Assembly (NCBI GenBank): GCA_965644265.1
Contig: OZ286469.1
Coordinates: 46,252,001-46,316,000 of the forward strand
From: Glycera tridactyla
Lineage: Eukaryota
Reading direction: 5' to 3'
DNA: 64,000 nucleotides
The notes under the pieces are model-generated. The model was not told where the DNA came from. It did no database searches and worked only from the letters and a program-made list of their open reading frames with translations. Below, in pieces: positions 24,041 through 37,433 of the stretch; positions within the stretch are counted from its first letter, which is position 1, and every line of letters begins with the position of its first letter. The translations under genes and the position numbers were made by a program.

Positions 24041-25107
24041 TTTTTTTTTTTTAATTCTTTATTTTAATCTCAAAAGAACATTGATCCTATCTGAAAACCA
24101 GATATATTCGGATCGTTTGAGAACAAACGCAAATTATTTACAATATGTACATGACACATCAGAATACAAATAATGGAAATAGTACAGTACATATTTTGCA
24201 CGCGGTGATAGCATGAATATATGATTGCCCAGTAGCCAAGTCAGCGTTCATCAAGCGGTTGCTTAAGGGGATGAGTAAGTTGAGTCCGTGCGTCAGTTGA
24301 CAAGTCACTAAGTGTTGCGCAACTTTTCTTTTTCAGCCTTTTTTAGAGTTTTGCATAGATTTTTGGCATTGGTGGTATCCTTACTTAATTCAGGTAGTTG
24401 ATTCCAGAGGGCGCATCCTCGAACAAACAAATTGCGTCTAGCTAATTCACATTTGAGTCGCGGTATTTCCACCAGGTGGCGTGTTGACTGTCGGGTATTT
24501 ATTCCCGTATTAGTTTTCCGTGTGACCCTGTTGGCGATCAACGGGGGTGCATCTCCAATCATTATTTTGTGGATTTCCACTATGCTCCTTACATTCCTTA
24601 AATCCTGCAGGTATAATGTGTCAGTGGACTTATGTATCATAATACTAGGCATCAGGCGGTTGGTGTTCAGAACACAGCGCAGGGCCTTGTTCTGCGATAC
24701 TTGGAGTCTGTTTGTTTGTGTCTTGCATGCGGCATCATACAGATAGTCAGCGTATTCAAAGTGCGGCGCAATGAGGGATTTGTAGAGTTTCAATGCAAGA
24801 TCTTTGTTGATGTATGGCCTAAGTCTCCAGAGCTTACTCACTCTGTGTCCTACTTTACTTACTAGTGTGCTAATGTGGTCACGAAAACTTAGGTGTGGGT
24901 CCAAAGTGAGCCCAAGATATTTAAATTTCGGTGGCTTATCAATTTGTTGGCCATTATTTATGATGTTTATATCCAAAGTGCGGTTGACATTATACCTGCT
25001 GCCGAAAAACATTAGCTTACTCTTACTGATGTTTAAAGTGAGTTTATTGCTATTAAACCAATCCTGCAGTGTCTCTAGCTCATTCTTAAGAACATTGGCT
25101 ATATCTT
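24041..25107 (-). mobile_element. 5'-truncated second CR1/L2-group LINE (3' end of ORF2, 3' UTR, poly-A)
   Basis: ELETLQDWFNSNKLTLNISKSK, FKYLGLTLDPHLSF, LYKSLIAPHFEYAD, stop at 24308. AATAAA (24063-24058) and A12 tail (24052-24041). Clearly diverged from the 16.7-23.8 kb element. Confidence 0.92.
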
Positions 25108-26214
25108 GTGACCTGGGTCAATTTTTCTTGCATGAAAACCATCTTTGGCCTCCACCATCAAGCTAGGACAGTGGACATGGATTGCCTAGCAATAAATCAC
25201 AGTTGTTAGATCTCATTGAACCAAGTAATCAGCCACAAGCACCATCATACTATCATGTCAAGGTCTTGATGGCCCAGCCATGGTATATTCACTAGTTTGA
25301 GATGGAGCAACCACATTTGGTCAAAAGAGTGGGGTGAATTTTAAATCCTTGACGAATCACCAACTCTAGAATTGCAAAAGTATAGACATCTACAAGGAAG
25401 GCAGTTTGAAGGAAGGGTCTTATGAGAAACAGGGAATTGGTGTCAGATGCTTCAAACAATGTGCTGAAACACTCATAATGAGTACAGTATATAAGAATGT
25501 TTGGGTCATACTAATTGGGGTATTCTTTGATTTGACAAAGAATCATCCTGGTGTACATTTGTGGGTAACATTTCGAAAAGGATTCAATGTGTGAGGATTT
25601 GGGGAGGACAAGTCAAAGGCACTTTCCTTATTCCATGCCTTTACTGGATCAGATACAACCTTGCAGTCCCATAGAAGAGAAAAAGTCAGCCTGGGAGGTA
25701 TGGATGACTGGTTCAGCAGTTACTGGGGATTTCTTGCTTTCAGTGCAGCATCAATTTGGCCCACTGAAGGCTCCTTCACATGAGTTTGAAGTAATTGAAC
25801 AGCTCCCCTATATCATATGTGATAATGTCACAAGACATTCAAGGGTCAATGTCTTGAGACAGCACCTGTTTCCAAGAAAGGTGAAGGGAAGTTAATGCAG
25901 TCTTCCACCAACACAAGCAGCCTTTCTTGAACATACAAATCACAGCTTATATCAATCTAGTATGACATATTAGCGGAAAACGACTGGCCATCCCCATGCC
26001 ACTGCAGAATATCACAAATGTGAGCAGCCCCCTTTACAGGCTTGCATACAGAAGTGTCTATCGTTATTGGTGTAGTATTTGGCTATCAGGCTTGGAAGCT
26101 GAACAAAATGCTGGTTTTGGGTGGACACAAGTGAAGAATTTTTGGAGACCCCGCTGGACAACCTTGCCAGAGTTTACTAATTTTGTAAACACACTGAAAA
26201 GTCCTCCAAATTGA
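25108..26214 (+). pseudogene. Academ-type protein remnant, segment 3 (XPG/FEN1-like nuclease region)
   Basis: GDLGQFFLHENHLWPP, LPSNKSQLLD, VWVILIGVFFDL, LWVTFRKG, KKSAWEVW, GWTQVKNFWRPRWTTLP; multiple stops. Confidence 0.72.
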
Positions 26215-26356
26215 TATCTTCAAACAATCAGTTAATCAACTATTATCAAGGAGCATAAAGATCATGGATAATGATATAGCACCATGTTGAAGTATTGAAT
26301 GATATGAAATCCAAAACCAAGTCTGATTCCCAGTGATGTGCTATTTGTGTGTTAGA

Positions 26357-27171
26357 TAGTGGTGGAACCATGATCAAATCTAGTCGAAAGTCGGTTGGTT
26401 GGCGAGTTGAATCAAGCGCTTACTTGCAAAAATCGGTAATCGACAAAATCGGAACCAAAGAAATATCTGTCTTCAAATGATATATTCGCGAAAATGAGCA
26501 AGAAAAGGCGGCATTCGTTTATTTCACTCGCCGCGCCATCTTGTCCGGTGAAACTCGTGTGTTTGCAATCAAAAACGAGATGCACAGTTCAGAGAAAATC
26601 CGTCAGATGGCGTAGTTTCAACGCATTTTTGCAGCGTCACATTGTGGTGAAAGACAGAACGAGATGCGCAGAAGACGATTTTACGGGTGTGCCGTGTATG
26701 ACTGCGCAGGATTTTCGCGGAGGAGCCAAGTTGTCCAAATCATCACGCAAGAGCGATGCAAATATACGTTCGTAGAGGGTAGAAATGTGGCGAGAAGCCA
26801 TAGTCATTTTATACGTCGATAAACAAATTTTTCAGCGAGTGTGGCAGGAGTTGTTTCCCTTGTCAGATGAAATGAGATAGCGCTTCATCATCTTGATGTT
26901 GGAATTCGATGGCGACCATGCGCTTACAAATCAGTATGATCGTATTCACCAGCATAAAATTGAAGACAGCGACTAGTGATCACCGAATGAAATTGAGAGA
27001 TGTTTTCTTGCATTTTAGTTCAAGCTTGGTTGGGGCTTGATAAAGTAATCCAAGCTTGCTTCAAGCTTGGTTGGAAAATTTCATCTTTTCCATAACCGAT
27101 TTCAACCGATCATCGGTTGGGAAGGCGCAACCGATGATCGATTGCAAACTTGCAACCGATTTCTACCACTA
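26357..27171. mobile_element. 815-bp non-autonomous hAT-type element nested in the Academ element
   Basis: 8-bp TSD GTGTTAGA at 26349-26356 and 27172-27179. TIR tagtggtggaa / ttctaccacta (one mismatch). Subterminal (A)ACCGAT motifs. Confidence 0.85.
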
Positions 27172-30100
27172 GTGTTAGAACTGCACAAATGTTTTCCCCT
27201 GTTTTCTTGGCAGACAATCTGAACCCATCTCTTCATCATATCATTTAGAAAGTTTTGCAATACCGATGGTTTGTTGACTGAACTAGCAGTATACAGTATT
27301 GGCAAAATCTGATGTATGTGCTGACCATCATGATAAAGGTCATTTTTTTCAAGTTGACCCTTCCATACCCACATTAATTTTTATCCATAATTTGATTCCA
27401 TATATTCTCATTATAATAGACTGTGAATTGACAATATAGAGAAACTCTCACTCTGTACTACAAATTGGATTTTGTTTCATCCAAACTAACCAAATTGAAC
27501 ACGAAAAACAAATTATTAAAGCATGGTTTGTGGAATTCAGTCATGATGGGGTTAAGATTCTCTTCTTATGTATATCAAATTTAATATGACTAGGAATGCA
27601 GGATAATTCTGTTGATGATCAACCATACCTCCCTGTTGAAAATATTGTGGATTATGTCAATGTCAAGCCTATAGACCTGACAATTTCTCAGAAAATTAGG
27701 TGATTTTAGTAAAAATTGTCTATATCTTCAATTCAATGCAGCAAATTTCATCTTTTTATTTTATGGAAAGGTACCTAATATGGTTTATCATGAAGATACT
27801 TCATCAAATCGTGACTTACATGGACATTCTTTACAGAAATAAAATGGATGTAGGGCCAAAATGAGTGCTATTTTCAGATGAAGGCGGCCATTTTGAAAAA
27901 TCCCCCAATTTGAGAACTAGACACCTGAGCCCGGGCACCTATATCCAGAATGTGTTTTAGAGACCTTAAGAACACATGTGCAAAATTTGGTGCTTTAGTC
28001 CGGCGCGTAACGGTTTTTTCACTAAGCCACCGGACTATCAGAGAGAGAGGGAGAGGGAGGGAGGGAGAGAGAGAGGGGAGAGGGAGGGAGAGGGGAGGGA
28101 GGGAGAGAGAGAGAGAGAGGGGGGGGGGGGGGGGTAGAGGGAGAGAGATCACAGGAGCAGCAGCAGCTGCGACACCAGTGAGCCATGTCTAGTCCTCCCA
28201 GGTAGAACGAGTCACGCCCGGCTTGCTAATACTCAGTAGGCAAATATAAACATCGATGTGACCTAGAAACCTGGCGGTGCGAGCGAGCGAGCAAGCACTG
28301 TTAGCAGAGAGTGCTGTGCTTCTATACACATCCAGCCCGTAGATACACCTTCCAGCCCACGACCAGATGCCGACTGAAGACTGACCTATACACCGGACCG
28401 TACCGCAGATCGTTCCACATTTAGGATACGAACTGGAGGCAGAAGCATCGGAGATGTAGTCACTAGTAAGTTGTTTATATCCCGGGACTACTGATACACA
28501 CATTAAATGTGATGATGCCATACGCGACTCTCAAATTCTATGCAAGTTTCACATTCCATTCCCAGACCGAGGCTACCAGGGTAAACAGGCTCCGCCCACC
28601 CTCCTACTACATTGGAAAAGCATGGCAACTGCAACAGCATCATCACTTTCCACACCTAAAAGCAATAGCTATCCCTCCTGTTCTGTGCTGGGATTCCAAG
28701 CATCTTGAGTAAAACATCCACTTGCCATACCAAAAATGTCCCTCAGATGTACGAGTCAGAAAAGAGTGGATCACAGTAATAAGAAGAGATGACAGGCCAA
28801 CAGGTCCCCGTGGTCGCACTAGTGAGTGTTGATACGGGGAGAGCAGTGAGAGGGAGTTGCACCTCCCATGGTAACAGGGTGCATCCTGTACCCCTACTAC
28901 AAGTAATTTGACCTGGACTGTGGTCAGCTGCTCTAATCTGTATCCAGCCTGGNNNNNNNNNNNNNNNNNNNNNNNNNNNNNNNNNNNNNNNNNNNNNNNN
29001 NNNNNNNNNNNNNNNNNNNNNNNNNNNNNNNNNNNNNNNNNNNNNNNNNNNNNNNNNNNNNNNNNNNNNNNNNNNNNNNNNNNNNNNGTGCACATTCATT
29101 ATGTGAATGGGGATGGTTATTTCATCATTTCACCAGCACCAGTGGGCTATATTGAGAAGGGTGGAATTATTCATGACCATTGGATCACCAACAGGTGGTA
29201 GTTCATGATTTTTTCCCAGAGATTCAAGTAGTCATTTCTGACATGATGCATGCATTCATTTGTGTCAATTGGGCCTACCTTAATGGAAACAAATTATATT
29301 GCACCCAGGAGAGAAATATTCAGGAATCGAGGCAATTATCCATCAGTGAATAGGAATGGTTATGGGTAAAAAGGAATGAAATAGAGAAAAAACTATCCAG
29401 GAAACAGCTGCACAAAACAGCAATAACCATTTCCATGGTAGGAAGGACACTGAAAATCAACTTGACTNNNNNNNNNNNNNNNNNNNNNNNNNNNNNNNNN
29501 NNNNNNNNNNNNNNNNNNNNNNNNNNNNNNNNNNNNNNNNNNNNNNNNNNNNNNNNNNNNNNNNNNNNNNNNNNNNNNNNNNNNNNNNNNNNNNNNNNNN
29601 NNNNNNNNNNNCATGAATGGAGGGGTTAAATGGGATAGGAGTCCATTCAGTCTGTTGTAAATTAGAGGGCAATAAAGTAGCAGGGGGTCTAGTGGCCGGA
29701 CATCAGGCATCAGCACCAGTGTTTCACCCTGTCTTACCCCCCTCCCCACCCATGTCCCCATGCAGCTGGCCACACTGCATACTGAGACCGCATGTTACTC
29801 AGCTAAACCAGATCTTTCCTCTCCTTTCATCTCATAAATGTAGTCTTCATCAAAATAAGTGACACCTTTGGAGATGTGCCTGGACCCTGGTGCCTCTGAG
29901 GTAGATTTGATTTAGTTAACAACAAAAGAAGAGATGAAAGTTGGAACCTTTAAAAACTTGGGATCACTGTGATTACAAGTCATGATGCTAGCACATGGCA
30001 AATGTTTACCCTTGTAGCCTCGCTCTGGCTACCCACTTAATATTCATGAGGCAATATTAAGAGTCCCGTATGTGCGCCGGCAATACACACCAAAATTATC

Positions 30101-33100
30101 ACGAGTTGCCAGGTATGTTATGTAAATTCGCCGAGGTAGCGGTTTGATCGCGCATGTTTTGCCCACCTGAGTGATTGCCTGTTTGTGCGTTCGTCTGCGC
30201 GTCTTCTTGTGTGTGAGCATGGGTGTGATATTGAGGTTGTGTATGTGTAAACGCAGGTTGCTCACGCACGCACGCACAATTGTGTGTGAACCACGAGGCG
30301 CTTATCGGAACATCAGTAGCAGATGGTAATAGCAGCATGTGGGCTAGGTATTACAGAATATGCTATCCTGTCAATGACAGGCACAATCGCCGTCGTCGTC
30401 ATCATCATCATCATCACCAACATTACAGTGGCGGATCCAGGGGGTGCCCCCTTTCAACTTGACCACAACCTTTCGATTATTTTTTATTCACCCCTTCCCT
30501 CGGCCCGTGCATGTTTAGTGCCCCATCCACAGACTGCGATAACGAAAACGATGATAATGATGATGGTGACAATGATGATGACGAAGACGAGCCACAACCC
30601 CTACCCCTTCCAGTACCTGCATCACCAACTCTAACACCATCACTACAGCTGCTTCCTGCTTGCCTGCCGCCAACACCACCACCACCACCACCACCACCGG
30701 CATAGCATATGCATCACCACTACCAAAACATCATGATAAACGTCCAACCAAATTACCACCACCACCACCACCACCACCTCCACCACTGCCGCCGCCATCA
30801 CCACCACCGCCGCCGCTGCCGTTACCAACATGAATACCAACTGGGAATACAGTATGATTTTTTGCTGTGGCAACTTTCCTTATGAAACTCACACATTCCC
30901 ATATTAGCCCCCCCCCCCTTGTACGAATTCACCCATCTTAACTCTCCAAGAGAATTCCTTGAACGCTATCTGTATTTTCTTTCATGAGAAAGGACCTCAC
31001 AATAAATGAATGTAATTTCTTTCGAAAAATTCATGTATTTCTATTACTCGTTATTCATTGTTGAATATTATCTTTATTTACTGTATCATATGTATTAAAT
31101 TGCTGTTTCTTGTATATATTTTTGTACTCGAAAGTGGAACGATATGGTACTTGACCTTCCCCCGGAGAGTCTAAATTGAGTTTTTCAAAAAAAAAAAAAA
31201 AGAGAAATTACAAAATCTAAAATGATATCCCCTGTAGCAAATTTGGCTAAAACAATCATTCCACATTCAGCCAAATTGCTCAGTCTTCAGCCAGAGGCAA
31301 TGGGAGATGACTCAAATTCTGCCATAATGTCATTCCAAACTTTTGGAATCAGATCCAGACATGGATAATCTGTTGTGCAACCCCCAAATAACCCCATGTA
31401 CATATCTCTCATGACAACATGAGCTTCATGAGAGTAGGGCTTTGGTCACGATACGAATCATTTCTAGAAACACACCTCACGAAATGAATGATGAAACGAA
31501 ATGCCATGCAACCCTCTTTCAGGAGTCTGACATGGTCCTCCTGGTTGCGAGTGACACAAGCCAGCCACCCATATTTTGGTGGCCTTGAAATATTGCCAAT
31601 TACTATTGAATATAAAGACATTTCTAGTAAAAAGTTCATCAAATCTCCATCATTCGGGCTCTCCACGATGGTTTTTTTTTTCTAAACAAGGTGCATTTTC
31701 TATATTTATTGGCATTTGTGAGTACTCATCAATCATGTTTCTTTGTATTTCGAAACACTTCGAAACACTCCTCCTAGTTTCGAAACGATTGTTTCTTCTG
31801 CAAACAATCGATATAAATACCCAAATTTCGGTGAATCATCCCACCCTTACATGAGAGAATACAGTCCTCGTCTTCATTTGTTCCAGTCTGGTTCCCTTAG
31901 CCAGTTTGGCCGGACTTGGCAGTTTCCTCAGCCAGAAAAGCCGTAGCCCCTTGCTATCTAGGTAATGGCTAGTCCAAACCAAGTCTATGGATATGCACAA
32001 TGCGTTATGTAGGTGTGTGGAGAGGGAAGGAGGCCATCTATTGAGAGCACCTGTCACTTTAATTGCCCTACATTAGTTGATTAGAGCTCCGACCATCACT
32101 CGAATAATAGGCTGCTACTCCCTGACCACTCGCTAACCCCCAGCAGTATATATAACAGGTGTGACATATTTAGCTACTCCTCTCATTCTGAAGAGGATTT
32201 AGACCAGATCTCTGAGACTTGAACTACTGTGACGACGACTACGACGACGCTATCAGTACACCGAACTTAACGCCCCCCCCCCCAAATCAAGAAGATACCA
32301 GAATTGACACCTTGATTGTCTGTAAATTTATAACGTTTTGCTTCCCGTTGGGGCATCAGAAGAAGGAGTCTTGAATGATCCCACCCATGCCTCTTGCATG
32401 GGCGTCTCGATATAAGCCAGATGGCGCTTACGAGACGTAAACAACAATATAATCAATCACGAAGATGGCGATGACGACGAGACAAGGAAGACACTGGCGA
32501 TACCCATAACCACCAACCCCACCACCTCCAAGACCATACCTCAACAACTATCTCCGAGTTTCCATTTTGTGTGACCTGAGTGTATTAGCGAAAGAGTTTG
32601 CTTGAGTCAATCCGCTCAAGTGATATTTTGGGTCGACCACGAAGGATATGGCCAATTTGCGAGATTATCACCTGATCAACAGTGGTGACATTCCCCATCA
32701 GCTTCCCATTGCAAATCACATCTCATTCCCCTAATGGACTTCCTGCCAACCATAGGTGATCAACTCATTCTGATTAAGAATGTTTGTTTTACCTCAAAGG
32801 CTCACCCTAACGAAGTTGAGGAGAGGTAACGTCCTCCTCCTCGCGTCGGCGTTGGCATCGATCAGCATTTGCCCTACCACAATGTTGCATTCAAAAAGGC
32901 TTCAAAATGTTATGCTGTAAAAGATGAATGAAAATCACTCATCCCCCCTCTCCAGTTCAGTGTATACACCACCAACATGTTCATGGCGTGACAATCATAC
33001 ATCATTCGAAAAAAAGCATAGAGATTGTTATGTGGTTACTAAGTTCATGCTGGAGTCTGCAGATCAGTGACCAATGCATCTACCACCAGCAGATTGTGTA

Positions 33101-33139
33101 GACACATGCTATAATATAGGAGGAATATTATTGATATAC

Positions 33140-33515
33140 TCGAGCAAGAAACAGGAAAAAGAACTTGATGCTTGCTACACTTGGATGTTGAGAAAAACAC
33201 TCAACAGCAGCTGGAGGGAACACTTAACAAATGAGGAGCTCTACGGTAAGCTACCAAAGGTCTCAGCCAAGATCAGGAAAAGGAGGTTGAAGCTGGCCGG
33301 TCACTGTGTAAGGCAAGCTTCCTTCAACTTGGTATCATGGGTCCCTGGCAGGAGTAGTAGAAGAGGCCGTCCAACTGGCACCTTCAATGATACCATCAGG
33401 AGGGACACAGGACTAGAACTCGAGGAGCTGTCTGTCTGCATGCACGACAGAGGACAGTGGCGCTCCATCATTGCCCGAGCTAAAGCAAACTTAAGATAAG
33501 CAAGCAAGTAAGCAA
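33140..33515 (+). mobile_element. 3' fragment of an RTE-clade LINE
   Basis: LDACYTWMLRKTLNSSWREHLTNEELYG, IRKRRLKLAGHCVR, RGRP, DRGQWR, stop at 33499, then an (AAGC/AAGT) tail. Confidence 0.88.
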
Positions 33516-34280
33516 TATACAGATGACAGATTCATTATCTCAAAGTTGTTAGTACTATCAAGTTATTCTTGGACTCTTCATGTCAGCAACTATAGGGGAA
33601 TTTACACATATCTTCAGTCTCATAATCCAGCATGGGTCAAAGGAATAGCGACAATTTAATTCTCGATCAATCATCAACAATAACCAGAATCTTACACATC
33701 TCCCATTATATCATGGGTGACGGTCACACATGAGGTAAAAATGTTTGAGATGATTGGACTAGCCCGAGGCCCCTATCTTCATCAAACTTGGCAAGAAGGT
33801 ACAACAAATTCTTCTGCGGAGTGTCCGTTGTGCACTACTACAGAATTTCACAGCATAGCATTTGTCACTAGAAAATCTTGAGTCAAAGTCTTCAACAGAT
33901 TCTGTAATCAAGCGATCTAGCTACTCACCACTAAAACCCCGGGTAACATGCAATATATGAAAGAGATTGACTATGTCTAATCCACTTATGTTATATCTAT
34001 AATGAGTTTGACTGAGCTTTATAGTCTCATCATCGACATAAACGCTCTACTGAATTTTTTGTAAGTTTTTGTTGGCACCAGCTCTGCCACGAACAAAGGC
34101 TCGCATCAAAGTTTTTGTTTGGAAGTAGACATGTGCACAGACATATGAACAAAGAAACACTCACAAATGAATAAGCAAATAGACAAACACAGATATTCAT
34201 TTTAGTCAATCCATGTATGTCAGTTTTGTTCCTGAAGTTTCACGATTCGTATGACCCATGTCTTTTGCTTGATCACATAG

Positions 34281-34630
34281 GTTCAACGTCAGTCGAGAAT
34301 CAATCACCCCGGAACACGGTTGTGAACCGTGAGCCAGGATCTACGTATACCATATCTGCTGGATCCAACCCCCCTTCAAGTGATGAGTACCTCAGGAGGG
34401 GCAGGGGCCGGACCCCAGGCAGTGGTGGCGCCAACTTCAACGGTGCCGCCACCTACAGTAGTAGCGCCACCTACCGTTGTTCATAGTCACACTCCAGCTA
34501 TAGTACGTGTTCAGAATGCACAGATGGCGCAAATGTACCGTCAACAAGCATGGCGTCGCTATGTTGTCGTCCTCATCGCCGTGGCCATGTTGGTTGCTGG
34601 TGTGGTCATGCTTTCGACATTTAACATGGG
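34281..34630 (+). CDS. Hairpin membrane protein gene A, exon with Pro/Val/Thr-rich N-terminus and TM1 (in-frame ATG at 34383)
   Basis: Acceptor tcttttgcttgatcacatAG|34281, donor 34630|GTAAGT (phase 2). Encodes ...PPPTVVAPPTVV...AWRRYVVVLIAVAMLVAGVVMLSTFNMG. Paralogous to 60996-61314. Confidence 0.75.
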
Positions 34631-36943
34631 GTAAGTGAAAATTGCTGTTTTATTACCAGAAATGACACATTGAGTGCTGTAAATTCAAAATAAATTCACA
34701 TTATATTGGGGTTCCAGAATGAGGGTTTTTGACTGATCCCACCAATGCTCATTGCGTAGATGTCTCAATATAGCCCATACGTTGGTCATTGTATGCAAGC
34801 AAGCAACCAACCTTTGGTCATCTCTTGCTGCTGTATCCGGTAAGGTCAGTTGGGTAACTTGTATGATGAGCCCGATGACTAACTCGTATTCCGGTCTCTG
34901 AGACTGAGTATCCTCCAAGTGTATTAACTTCCAACGATTGTATGAATTGTGCCATCTTCCAGGGCATTGATGGAGGTCGGGGTAGTGATACTGCTGCATC
35001 AATACTACTGCTGCATGATCATCTGCTCTTGGATGCACACAATAGATTACATTCCAGGGTTAGATCGAAGAATAATACGTTCCTAGCTAATTGGTATTGG
35101 TAAAAAATACCAGTGTATTCTCAGAAACATGTCTGTGGTCTGTGGTAGCATTATCAGCGTGATAAGTTGGTGCTGTTGACTGGGGGATAAACAGTGGTCC
35201 ATAAATCTCATGATCGCTGAATACTCATGATTTTTTTTATCAGATCAATGTAAGTTTAAAACAAATAATGCAAACTGGTAAAGTGTTGTAGGTGTCCTCT
35301 GTAAAAAGATGATCCGTAGTGCGAAATCATATTGCAGTCAACTCATGGGAGTAGGGTTACTGGCAGGAATTCTCATAGCACATATTGGGCGAACATTGGC
35401 TGCATCATCCCATATATGTGGGATATATCAAGTGTTTACTACTAGTTTATAGGCTGTCTAGTCCTTCAATTATATTGCACCAAGCTATATAGGAAACATA
35501 TGTGGCGCTGATGTGACGTTATGCCAAAACCAACCAACCTTCTGTCAAAATCTGAAAGAGGATGCGGTGGAAAACCTGCCCTATTGATGATATCATACAA
35601 ATAATTTTCTGATTATAAAAGATAAGCTTAGCGTAGGCTGTCCCTGTTAGTTAAGTCTGTCCAGGGAGGGTTGTTGCCCTGATGTGCCATCTACCGACCC
35701 TCGACTCCTCGCGGACTCAGTGAGACTACATTGCATTGGCATGTCACACCCTATATTCACTTCTCGAAACGGCGTTGCTTCCGGTCTCAAGGATCAGCTC
35801 ACAGCCGGTTACATAAGCCACGCCACACATAGGCCTTTTCGGGTGATGTGATGTAGAGATGTGTATGATCGACAGCTACTAAGCCGTGAAAACTCTTGAG
35901 GCTCCCAATCATCTTGTGCTAGCTTCTGTGGTAGATAATGCTTGTAGGTGAGAAAGCATCCGGCTTTCGTTAATCTGGAACACATAGCCTACTTAATCCC
36001 ACGCATGTGAAGCCCAACCAACTATCGTGCCAATCAACTACCTACCTCCAAGATAATCTGAAGTGCAGGTGACTAGTACTTCGACAAGCAAAAGGAATAA
36101 GTCGTAGCCTTGGTATTGTTACTTAACAAAATCAACACAGGATTCATGCATTCTAAATTTATTAAGAGCTGTGGCTGGATTTGTGGAGAGGTTTGTGATC
36201 TGAGTCTTGAAAAAAGGACCAAGAGTACTTTATTATGGAGCTGTGTTGAAGTTATAGCCTTTGCTCATTAATTCTTTTGGTTATATATGTCCTGGGTCAG
36301 GTAGTTTCTTCTTCGGGCGTTGTAGTATGTTGAAAATCATTGCTGACGATTTGATTGTCTGTCTTCAACAACTCACATTTAGTAGTACACACGGAATGTT
36401 GATCATTCATATATACCTGGACGAACCATCAATTGATCATCCATATAGAGGACGATTTGTTGGCTAGATGGCGCTGCTGGGCGCGCGTAGAATCACGGGT
36501 AATAGCATACGCTCTCACTTTGCCCCATCGCTTCCGGGCTACATGTGCCGATGCTTAGCTCACTGGTGGCGAGGAGCGTTGATGAGTTGCAGACGACGGA
36601 ACAACAGCCATCGTTATCTTTACCACCACCACCACCACCACCACCATCATCATCATCAGCATGCAACGGGTCTGGGGTTCAATCCCCGTCGTTCATCTTC
36701 ACTCCTCCTTGGCAGGTGGTCTGATTTAGCCTACTAAAGTGCAGAAAGTGGACCTAAAACCTCAACATTTCCATTTTCCATTATCATCAACATTATTATT
36801 ATCATTATTATCATTATTATCATTATTATCATCATCAATATTATCATCAATATCATTATCATTGGATGGATGGATGGATGGATGGGTTGATGGGTGAGGG
36901 TGGGTGGCAGGCAGGCAGGCAGGCAGGCAGGCAGGCGGGCAGC

Positions 36944-37017
<74 letters not shown>

Positions 37018-37040
37018 CCATCGTCATCGTCATCGTCAGC
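36944..37040. repeat. (CATCGT)n microsatellite within a compound SSR cluster (ATT/ATC, GGAT, GGCA from 36780)
   Basis: Direct reading. Confidence 0.9.
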
Positions 37041-37133
37041 ATTATTGGCACTGTAATCGTTTCACAGTCAATCATGCCAGCTCAACTAATGTGTGCCTAT
37101 TCGAATTGGTACTCGATGTGTTTTGATGGCAGG

Positions 37134-37433
37134 TGAAGGTGTGGAAACCACGGCTCACAGCTCAAGGACACCTCACTTCACAAGCATACTGTTAAGGTGT
37201 TGAAGCCATGGCTCAGTGATCAGAGGTTGAGGTGTGGAAGCCATGGCTCCGAGCGCGACAGCCTCTCAGTGAGTTCACTGGTGAAGTGTGAAGGCGTGAA
37301 AGCCACAGCTCAGCATCGACAACCCTTCAGGGGGTCACAGATGAACTGCGAAGGTGTAGAAGCCACGGCTCAAAGCATGACATAGTCCTCTGATCTCACA
37401 TGCAAACATTGAAGGTGTGGAAGTCATGGCTCA
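37134..37433. repeat. Degenerate ~60-bp tandem repeat with a conserved 24-nt core
   Basis: Core tgaaggtgtggaagccacggctca starts at 37134, 37192, 37227, 37289, 37349 and 37410. Confidence 0.8.

Larger units (their letters stand above)
14908..28037 (+). mobile_element. Academ (AcademX-type) DNA transposon, decayed, carrying three nested insertions
   Basis: Perfect 16-bp TIR tagtccggtggcttag (14908-14923) / ctaagccaccggacta (28022-28037), with imperfect similarity continuing inward (ccggactaaagca, gcccggg). 3-bp TSD TCA at 14905-14907 and 28038-28040. TAG...CTA termini. Internal + strand transposase and XPG-like remnants. Confidence 0.8.

Noticed and set aside
37134-37433. CRISPR array (24-nt repeats, ~36-nt spacers)
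   Set aside because: Repeats are degenerate, spacers are homologous to each other, there are no cas genes, and the context is a eukaryotic intron.
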